Assembly (NCBI GenBank): GCA_963758635.1
Contig: CAVWWD010000003.1
Location: 544,001-608,000 of the forward strand
DNA from: an uncultured Candidatus Rokubacteria bacterium
GTDB taxonomy: Bacteria > Methylomirabilota > Methylomirabilia > Rokubacteriales > CSP1-6
Direction: 5' to 3'
DNA: 64,000 bases
The notes beneath the pieces are model-generated. The model was not told the origin of the DNA. It searched no databases and saw only the letters and a program-made list of their open reading frames with translations. Of this stretch, positions 57,233 through 64,000 are shown piece after piece. The position numbers were made by a program, and so were the translations under genes. Numbering within the stretch: the stretch's first letter is position 1; every line of letters starts with the position of its first letter.

Positions 57233-57401
57233 GCGGTCGTTTCCAAGGCATTTCCATATACGCTCGGCTCGCCTTCGGCTCACCTCGCAAAGCAGGTGCC
57301 CCAGTCATGAGCGCTGGCGGACGACCGGTTGCGGTCGTTTCCAAGGCATTTCCATATGCGCTCGGCTCGCCTTCGGCTCACCTCGCAAAGCAGGTGCCCC
57401 A
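57233..57401. repeat. Two 71-bp direct repeats (period 98) between livH and livM
   Basis: GCGGTCGTTTCCAAGGCATTTCCATAT(A/G)CGCTCGGCTCGCCTTCGGCTCACCTCGCAAAGCAGGTGCCCCA at 57233 and 57331, one mismatch. Confidence 0.92.
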
Positions 57402-57403
57402 AG

Positions 57404-58390
57404 TCAGGCCCGCTCGCGGACGACTTCACCCAGGAGCCCCTTGGGGCGGAAGATCAGGATGAGGATCAGGATCGAGAACGCGAAGATGTCCTTGTACTCG
57501 GCGCCGAAGGCGCCGCCGGTCAGGAGCGAGAGGTAGGAGGCGGCGAAGGCTTCCAGCAAGCCCAGCACGAGGCCGCCGATCATGGCGCCCGGGATGTTGC
57601 CGATGCCGCCGAGCACGGCGGCGGTGAACGCCTTGAGCCCGGGGATGAAGCCCGTGTAGGGATTGATGAGGCTGTACTGCACGCCGAACAGCACGCCCGC
57701 CGCGCCCCCCATGGCCCCGCCGATCAGGAACGTGAGCGAGATCATCCGGTTCACGTTGATGCCCATGAGGCTGGCGGTGGCCTGGTCCTCGGCCACGGCG
57801 CGGATGGCCTTGCCGATCTTGGTGCGGTTCACGAGGACGTGGAGGCCCCACAGCATCAGCAGCGAGGCCAGGATGACCACCAGCGACTTGATCGAGACGT
57901 CCACCGTCTCGGTCAGGCTGAAGCGGAGGTTCAGGTCCTCCATGGTCGGGTAGACCAGGTTGAAGGAGTTCCGCCAGATCGACTCGAAGAGGCGGATGGC
58001 GTCCTGCAGGAAGAACGACACACCGATGGCGGAGATGAGCGGGATGAGCCGGGGCGCCGTGCGGAGCGGCCGGTAGGCCACGCGCTCGACGGTGACGGCC
58101 AGGAGCCCGCTGGCCAGCATGCCGAGCAGGAGCACGACGGGCAGCACCAGCAGCGGCCACATCACGTCGAGCCAGCCCAGCGCCTTCAGCGTCAGGAGCA
58201 CCTCAACGCCGACGAAGGCGCCGACGATGAAGATCTCCGAGTGGGCGAAGTTGATGAACTCGAGGACGCCGTAGACCATCGTGTAGCCGAGCGCGATGAG
58301 GGCGTACATGAACCCCAGGACCAGGCCGTCGATCAGGACCTGGGGGAGGATGGCGAGGAGGAGCGGGAAGTCCATGCCGGCCCCTGACAT
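57404..58390 (-). CDS. livH: Branched-chain amino acid ABC transporter permease
   Basis: YALIALGYTMVYG...INFAH, GLKAFTAAVLGGIG. Confidence 0.95.
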   Translation of the reverse strand: MSGAGMDFPLLLAILPQVLIDGLVLGFMYALIALGYTMVYGVLEFINFAHSEIFIVGAFVGVEVLLTLKALGWLDVMWPLLVLPVVLLLGMLASGLLAVTVERVAYRPLRTAPRLIPLISAIGVSFFLQDAIRLFESIWRNSFNLVYPTMEDLNLRFSLTETVDVSIKSLVVILASLLMLWGLHVLVNRTKIGKAIRAVAEDQATASLMGINVNRMISLTFLIGGAMGGAAGVLFGVQYSLINPYTGFIPGLKAFTAAVLGGIGNIPGAMIGGLVLGLLEAFAASYLSLLTGGAFGAEYKDIFAFSILILILIFRPKGLLGEVVRERA

Positions 58391-58392
58391 GA

Positions 58393-58427
58393 CGAAGGGG
58401 AGGGGCCTAGCGGGCCCCTCCCCTTCG
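58393..58427 (-). terminator. 15-bp perfect stem-loop after the binding-protein gene (mRNA stabiliser/attenuator)
   Basis: CGAAGGGGAGGGGCC-tagcg-GGCCCCTCCCCTTCG; no U-tract. Confidence 0.6.
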
Positions 58428-58444
58428 AGGGCGCATGCGGCGAG

Positions 58445-59647
58445 CTACGACTTCTTGAGCGGCGGCGCCGCGATGTCGAGCGTCTTGATCGGCTTGTTCT
58501 CGTTCCACTTCGCGGGGTCGTCGGAGGCCACGGTCAGGACGAAGTACTTCGCCTTCTTCGGGTCGCCCTTCTCGTCGAACTCGACGCCGCCCGTGATGCC
58601 CGTGTGCTTGGTCTTCCGGATCGCCACCGAGACCTGCTCACGGCTGGGCAGCTTGCCGCCCGCCGCCTTCACCGCCGCCTCGATGCCCTTCAGGCCGATC
58701 GCCGTCGCGTCGTAGGCCTGGGCCGCGAAGGGCTCCGGATCCTTCTTGAACTTGTCCTTGTACTCCTTGGCGAAGGCGGCGGCGTCCTTGTACACGGACA
58801 CCGGGCCGGCGACCGACGTGTAGAACATGCCCTGGACGGCCTTGCCGGCGATCTTCGTGAGGTCCGACGAGTCCAGCCCGTCCGGCCCCATGAACACGGC
58901 CTTGACGCCCTTCTCGCGCGCCTGCTTGAAGAACGGCGCGGCCTGGTCGTAGATGCCGCCGAAGTAGATCAGGTCGGGATTCTTGGCCTTCATCGGGGTG
59001 ATGATCGGGTCGAAGTTCGACTTCTCCTCCGTCCCCTCGAAGCCGAGGATCTTGATGCCCTTCTTCTCCGCGTCGGCCTTGAAGAACTCGGCCACGCCCT
59101 GCCCATACGTGGTCTTGTCGTGGATCACGTACGCCGACTTCCAGCCCTTCGACTTCGCGAACTCCGCGCCCACCACGCCCTGCACGTCGTCACGGCCGCA
59201 CACGCGGCTGACGTTCAGGTAGTTGCGGTCGGTGACGGTGGGGTTGGTGTTGGCGGGGGAGATCATCGCGAGCTGCGACTCCTTGTACTTCTCGGAGGAG
59301 GGGATGGCCACGCCGGAGTTCAGGTGGCCGATGACCAGCAGGATGTCCTTGTCCGCGATGATGTTGGCGGCGTTGGCCACGCCCACGTCGGGCTTGGCCT
59401 GGTCGTCGAACGGCACCAGCTCCACCTTGTAGCCGGCCTTCTCCAGCGGGCCCTTCAGCTTGTCGATGGCGAGCTGGGTGCCGAGCTTGATGCCCTCGCC
59501 GAGGGCGGCCTGGCCGCCGGACAGCGGGCTCTGCGTGGCGATCTTGATGGTGCCCTTGGACTGCGCGTCGGTGAGCGTCGTGATCGGCAGCACCAGCGCG
59601 AGGGCGATGAGGGCGACGAGCCAGTGACGCAGTCGCATGGTCCGCAT
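58445..59647 (-). CDS. livK: Branched-chain amino acid ABC transporter substrate-binding protein
   Basis: Signal peptide; PLSG, DDQAKP, GHLNSG, RDDVQG, HDKTTYGQG. Confidence 0.9.
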   Translation of the reverse strand: MRTMRLRHWLVALIALALVLPITTLTDAQSKGTIKIATQSPLSGGQAALGEGIKLGTQLAIDKLKGPLEKAGYKVELVPFDDQAKPDVGVANAANIIADKDILLVIGHLNSGVAIPSSEKYKESQLAMISPANTNPTVTDRNYLNVSRVCGRDDVQGVVGAEFAKSKGWKSAYVIHDKTTYGQGVAEFFKADAEKKGIKILGFEGTEEKSNFDPIITPMKAKNPDLIYFGGIYDQAAPFFKQAREKGVKAVFMGPDGLDSSDLTKIAGKAVQGMFYTSVAGPVSVYKDAAAFAKEYKDKFKKDPEPFAAQAYDATAIGLKGIEAAVKAAGGKLPSREQVSVAIRKTKHTGITGGVEFDEKGDPKKAKYFVLTVASDDPAKWNENKPIKTLDIAAPPLKKS

Positions 59648-59698
59648 CAGGTTCCTCCTGAAAGAGGGAAGCGTGAGTTCGGTTGAAAAATCGACGCC

Positions 59699-59726
59699 AT
59701 TATAGCGATTTCACCCAGTGCGTCAA
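59699..59726 (-). promoter_or_regulatory. Sigma70 promoter of the liv operon
   Basis: Minus strand TTGACG - 16 nt - TATAAT. Confidence 0.7.
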
Positions 59727-61174
59727 CGACGAGCGGCGGCCCATCCGGTTCCCGGCGGCGCGCGACCGTGGCGCTCCCGGCAGGAGCACGCGGACCGACG
59801 AGCGGCCACAGCCGGAGCTCTCACGCCGGCTCGCATCGAGGCCCCGACGTCGAGCCGCGGCACAGGTCCGCAGCCCCGGGCCACGAACTCCGGGTCGGCG
59901 AGGAGCTTGAGGTGGTACGGGATCGTGGTCTTGATCCCCTCCACCACGGTCTCGCCGAGCGCCCGTTGCATCCGCACGATGGCCTCGGCGCGGTCACCCC
60001 CGTGCACGACGATCTTGGCGACCAGGGAGTCGTAGTGGGGCGGCACGACGTAGCCGCTCCGGAGATGGCTGTCCACGCGCACCTTGGGTCCGCCCGGCGG
60101 CACCCAGGCGGTGACGCGGCCCGGGGACGGCGCGAAGGTCTCCGGGTCCTCGGCGTTCACCCGGCACTCGATGGCGTGGCCCGTGAAGCGGATGGCGTCC
60201 TGCCGGTAGCCGAGCGGCTCGCCCGCCGCGATGCGGATCTGCTCGTGGACCAGGTCCAGGCCGGTGAGGATCTCCGTCACGGGGTGCTCGACCTGGATGC
60301 GGGTGTTCATCTCGATGAAGTAGAAGCGCCCGTCGCGCGCCACGAGGAACTCCACGGTGCCCGCCGACACGTAGTTCACCGCGTTCGCCACCGCGAGGGC
60401 GGCCTTGTGGAGGCCGGCGCGCGTCTCGGGCGAGATGAAGACGGCGGGCGCCTCCTCGAGGAGCTTCTGGTGGCGGCGCTGCACCGAGCAGTCCCGCTCG
60501 CCCAGGTGCACGCGGATGCCGTTCTTGTCGCCCAGCACCTGCACCTCGACGTGGCGGGCGTCCTCGACGAACTTCTCCAGGTAGAGGTCGGCGCTGCCGA
60601 AGCCCTTGAGGGCCTCGGACCCGCACGTGGCGTAGGCCCGCTCGAGCTCGGCCGCCTCGCGCACCACGCGCATGCCGCGGCCGCCGCCGCCCGCCGAGGC
60701 CTTCAGCATGACCGGGTAGCCGACCTCGGCGGCCAGCTCGCGCGCCTCGTCGACCCCCCGGAGCGGGCCCGGGCTGCCCGGCACCACCGGCGCGCCGGCC
60801 TGCTCGGCCATGCGGCGGGCCTGCGCCTTGTCGCCCATGAGCCGGATGGCCTCGGGCGACGGGCCGATGAACGTGATGCTGCAGCCGCGGCAGATCTCCG
60901 CGAACGCCGCGTTCTCGGCGAGGAGCCCGTAGCCGGGGTGGATCGCTTCGCTGTCGGAGATGGCGGCGGCCGAGATGATCGCGGGGATGTTCAGGTAGCT
61001 CGCCCGCGCCTCCGCCGGGCCGATGCAGATGGACTGGTCGGCCAGCTTCACGGGCAGGGAGTCCGCGTCCGCGGTGGAGTGCGCGATCACCGCGCGGATG
61101 CCCATCTCGTGGCAGGTGCGGATGATGCGCAGCGCGATCTCGCCGCGGTTGGCGATGAGGATCTTGTTGAACAG
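59723..61174 (-). CDS. accC: Acetyl-CoA carboxylase biotin carboxylase (CTG start; 3' end uncertain)
   Basis: LFNKILIANRGEIA begins at CTG 61174; HPGYG, GGGGRGM, ERDCSVQRRHQK, EMNTRIQVEHPVTE. Confidence 0.93.
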   Translation of the reverse strand: MFNKILIANRGEIALRIIRTCHEMGIRAVIAHSTADADSLPVKLADQSICIGPAEARASYLNIPAIISAAAISDSEAIHPGYGLLAENAAFAEICRGCSITFIGPSPEAIRLMGDKAQARRMAEQAGAPVVPGSPGPLRGVDEARELAAEVGYPVMLKASAGGGGRGMRVVREAAELERAYATCGSEALKGFGSADLYLEKFVEDARHVEVQVLGDKNGIRVHLGERDCSVQRRHQKLLEEAPAVFISPETRAGLHKAALAVANAVNYVSAGTVEFLVARDGRFYFIEMNTRIQVEHPVTEILTGLDLVHEQIRIAAGEPLGYRQDAIRFTGHAIECRVNAEDPETFAPSPGRVTAWVPPGGPKVRVDSHLRSGYVVPPHYDSLVAKIVVHGGDRAEAIVRMQRALGETVVEGIKTTIPYHLKLLADPEFVARGCGPVPRLDVGASMRAGVRAPAVAARRSACSCRERHGRAPPGTGWAAARR

Positions 61175-61281
61175 GGTGCGGCCTCTCGCGAATGCCGCCG
61201 ACTACAGCGGACGAGTCATGACCGGGTTCACCGGACGCACGCGCTGTTCCAGGTCCGCCTCCGATCGCGAATGATGCGGGC

Positions 61282-62481
61282 CTAGAGCTCGATGGGCACG
61301 GACTCGACCACCTCGAGGCCGAAGGCCTGCAGGTGGTGCAGTCGCCTCGTGCTGTTGGTCAGGAGGCGGAGCCGGGTGAGCCCGAGGTCGCGCAGGATCT
61401 GACCGCCCACGCCGAAGTCGCGCCGGTCCATCGGGATCGCCTCGGCGCCGATCCCGCCCGCGCTCGTCAGGTCGGGCTCGTTCACGCTGCCCGCGGGATG
61501 CCAGGGTGGATACACCCGCGTCTGCAGGCGCTCGTGCAGGCCCTCGCCGACGCTGTCCGAGCGCAGGTAGACGAGCACGCCGTGCCCCTCGGCCTGGATC
61601 CGCCGCAGCGAGGCGGCGAGCAGGCGATTGGACGGGCGCGACTTGTCGCCGAAGACGTCGCCGAGGAGGTTCCGGCGGTGCATGCGCACCAGCGTGGGCT
61701 CGCGGGTCTCCGCCGGGTGCCCGCCGGGATCGAGCCGGCCCACGCCGCCCAGGCAGAACGCCAGGTGGGGCAGCGGGTCCACGACGCTCCGGTACGCGAT
61801 CAGGTCGAACCGGCCGTGGTCGGTGTCGATGGGCACGCCCTCGTGGGGCGGCAGGCGGTGCACCAGCCGCTCCCGCCGGAGCCGGTAGTGGATGATCTGC
61901 TCGACCGAGCAGATCTTGAGCCCGTGCTCCCGGGCCAGCGCCTGGAGCTCGGGCAGCCGCGCCATCTCGCCGTCCTCGCGGCACACCTCGCTGATCACCG
62001 CCGCGGGGTTCAGCCCGGCCAGCTGCATCAGGTCCACCGAGCCTTCGGTCTGCCCGGTGCGGACGAGGACGCCGCCGTCGCGGGCGCGCAGCGGCACCAT
62101 GTGGCCGGGCCGCACGAGGTCGTCGGGGCGCGTGGCGGGATCGGCGAGGAGGCGCGCGGTACGCGCGCGGTCGGACGCCGAGATCCCCGTGCCCACGCCG
62201 TGGCGCGCATGACCGTCCACCGACACCGCCATGGCCGTGCCGCGGAGCGCGGTGTTCGTGGGTGTCTGCGGATGCAGCTCGAGGCGGTCGCAGTCGGCCG
62301 CGGTGAGCGTCACGCACAGGTAGCCCGGCGTGTGCCGGGTCATGAAGTTGATCATGGCGGGGGTGACGCTCTCGGCGGCGCAGACGAGGTCACCTTCGTT
62401 CTCGCGGTCCTCGTCATCGACGAGGATCACCATCTTCCCGTTCCGCAGGTCCTCGATGATCTCGGGAACGGTGCTCAGCAT
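61282..62481 (-). CDS. ribB: 3,4-DHBP synthase fused to a degenerate GTP cyclohydrolase II domain (RibBX-type)
   Basis: [23 protein letters not shown]; the C-domain has [15 protein letters not shown] and lacks the Zn-binding cysteines. Confidence 0.9.
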   Translation of the reverse strand: MLSTVPEIIEDLRNGKMVILVDDEDRENEGDLVCAAESVTPAMINFMTRHTPGYLCVTLTAADCDRLELHPQTPTNTALRGTAMAVSVDGHARHGVGTGISASDRARTARLLADPATRPDDLVRPGHMVPLRARDGGVLVRTGQTEGSVDLMQLAGLNPAAVISEVCREDGEMARLPELQALAREHGLKICSVEQIIHYRLRRERLVHRLPPHEGVPIDTDHGRFDLIAYRSVVDPLPHLAFCLGGVGRLDPGGHPAETREPTLVRMHRRNLLGDVFGDKSRPSNRLLAASLRRIQAEGHGVLVYLRSDSVGEGLHERLQTRVYPPWHPAGSVNEPDLTSAGGIGAEAIPMDRRDFGVGGQILRDLGLTRLRLLTNSTRRLHHLQAFGLEVVESVPIEL

Positions 62482-62496
62482 GATGGCCCCCGCCGG

Positions 62497-62970
62497 TCAG
62501 GCCCTGGGGTCGAGCAGGAAGAGCGCCTGGCCGTATTCCACCGGCTGGCCGTTGTCGACCAGGATCTTGACGATCCGTCCCGCCGCCTTGGCCTCGATCT
62601 CGTTCATGAGCTTCATCGCCTCGATGATGCAGAGGATCTGGCCTTCCTTGACGACCTCGCCCTCGCGGGTGAACGGCGCGGCCTCGGGGGCCGAGGCGCG
62701 GTAGAAGGTGCCGACCATGGGCGCCTCCAGCGTGACGAGCCCCGAGGGCACCGCCTCGGCGGCGACCACGCCCGGCTGCTCATGTCCGGACGGGAGAGGC
62801 GCGGGACGCGCCACCGACGGGCCGGCGGGACGCTCCCGGACGACGTGCACGCGGAGGCCGGCCTGCTCCACCTCCAGCTCGGCGAGGTCGTGCTTCACGG
62901 CCAGCTCGACAACGTCACGGGCCGTCAACGCCTTCGTCCGGTCCGCGCCCGCCGTCTTCCGCGTCGCCAC
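62497..62970 (-). CDS. accB: Biotin carboxyl carrier protein
   Basis: [19 protein letters not shown]. Confidence 0.95.
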   Translation of the reverse strand: MATRKTAGADRTKALTARDVVELAVKHDLAELEVEQAGLRVHVVRERPAGPSVARPAPLPSGHEQPGVVAAEAVPSGLVTLEAPMVGTFYRASAPEAAPFTREGEVVKEGQILCIIEAMKLMNEIEAKAAGRIVKILVDNGQPVEYGQALFLLDPRA

Positions 62971-62972
62971 GG

Positions 62973-63542
62973 CTACCCCGCGGTGGCGACGCGGTTCAGG
63001 TACTCGCTGGTGCGCGTGTCCACCTTGACCACGTCCCCGACGTTGAGGAACAGCGGCACCTGCACGACGGCGCCGGACTCGAGCTCGGCCGGCTTGGTGC
63101 CGCCCGTCGCGGTGTCGCCGCGCACGCCGGGATCGGTCTTGACGATGGCCAGCTCCATGAAGTTCGGCAGCTCGACGGTGACCGGGCTGCCTTCGATGAA
63201 GAGGATCTCGACCTCGGTGTTCTCCTTGAGGAACTCGCGGGCGTCCCCCACCTCGTCCTCGGAGAGCGAGATCTGCTCGTACGACTCCAGGTCCATGAAG
63301 TGGTAGCGGTCGTCGCGGTAGAGGAACTGCATGCCCTTTTCCTCGAAGTCGACCAGCTGCACCTTCTCGCCGGCGCGGTAGGTGTGGTCGATGACCTTGC
63401 CCACCCGCATGTGCTTGAGCTTGGTGCGCACGAACGCGCCGCCCTTGCCCGGCTTGACGTGCTGGAAGTCGACGATCGAGTAAGGCTCGCCGTCGAGCGC
63501 GATCTTCATGCCCTTCTTGAACTCCGCGGTGGAAGCCTGCAT
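62973..63542 (-). CDS. efp: Elongation factor P
   Basis: HVKPGKGGAFVRTK, PGVRGDTATGGTKPA, VDTRTSEY. Confidence 0.97.
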   Translation of the reverse strand: MQASTAEFKKGMKIALDGEPYSIVDFQHVKPGKGGAFVRTKLKHMRVGKVIDHTYRAGEKVQLVDFEEKGMQFLYRDDRYHFMDLESYEQISLSEDEVGDAREFLKENTEVEILFIEGSPVTVELPNFMELAIVKTDPGVRGDTATGGTKPAELESGAVVQVPLFLNVGDVVKVDTRTSEYLNRVATAG

Positions 63543-63546
63543 GTCG

Positions 63547-64000
63547 CTATGACCCTTTCCGTTTCTGAGTCTTGACCCGGAGGGCCTGATCGAGCCCATC
63601 CCGAGCCCGGGCATCTCCCGGGTGCGTGCGGAGGCGCCGCAGGAACACCTGCGCCGCCTCCTCGGCGAGGCCCTGCTCCAAGCAGAGCGCGCCGAAGGCC
63701 AGCGTGGCAAACGTGTCGTCCGCGAGCACCGCGGCGAGCGGCGAGTGTCCGGGCACGCGCCCCTGCGCCTCGAGCGACTCCAGCGTGAGCCGCGCCTCGC
63801 GGTCGCTCGGGTCCAGCCTGACCGCCTCGGCGAGACGCTCGACGGCCTGGTCCAGCCGGCCGGCCCGGCGATGCAGCTCGCCGGCGAGCCGATGCGCCTC
63901 CGCGTCGCGCACGCCGGCCTCGCGCATCGTCTCGAGCACGGCGAGCGCCGCGTCCGCGTTGCCCTCGTCGAGGTGCGCCTTGGCGAGGATCAGCCGCGCC
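63547..64000 (-). CDS. Tetratricopeptide repeat protein, 5' partial
   Basis: TPR helices (AHRLAGELHRRAGRLDQAVERL...LDPSD; TLAFGALCLEQG); frame open to the window edge. Confidence 0.75.
   Translation of the reverse strand, partial: ARLILAKAHLDEGNADAALAVLETMREAGVRDAEAHRLAGELHRRAGRLDQAVERLAEAVRLDPSDREARLTLESLEAQGRVPGHSPLAAVLADDTFATLAFGALCLEQGLAEEAAQVFLRRLRTHPGDARARDGLDQALRVKTQKRKGS

Noticed and set aside
57233..57401. Mini-CRISPR
   Set aside because: Only two 71-bp repeats, too long for CRISPR repeats, and no cas genes.

Overview
GC-rich bacterial chromosome segment. Gene content and style suggest Candidatus Rokubacteria/Methylomirabilota, which is an inference only. Many conserved genes carry single-base frameshifts, consistent with an error-prone long-read assembly. 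Left to right the window holds: (1) the 3' end of a metzincin peptidase with a beta-rich partner gene and a small HTH gene; (2) a PP2C / giant coiled-coil Ser/Thr kinase / FHA-GAF-adenylate cyclase signalling locus; (3) an 11.6-25.9 kb low-oxygen/stress cluster (tetraheme cytochrome c, four Usp and three CBS proteins, tdh-kbl, a Gln-rich repeat protein, nrfHA, Zn-ADH) with six sigma54-type promoters; (4) oxidoreductases, an MFS pump and an EamA transporter behind a structured RNA-like element present twice in the window; (5) a cupin-LigA-LigB-CADD-like diiron enzyme-Rieske ferredoxin-GlcG operon; (6) a Phd/VapC toxin-antitoxin pair, a GT-C glycosyltransferase and a DUF4011-helicase-Vsr (Hhe-like) defence gene bracketed by duplication scars; (7) a CHASE2-cyclase / exported TPR protein / exported CHAT protease operon; (8) amino-acid metabolism genes and a liv ABC transporter; (9) efp-accB-ribB(X)-accC. 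The best candidates for undescribed biology are the diiron/Rieske/LigAB operon, the duplicated RNA motif with an AUU start, and the CHASE2 (probable guanylate) cyclase-CHAT module.
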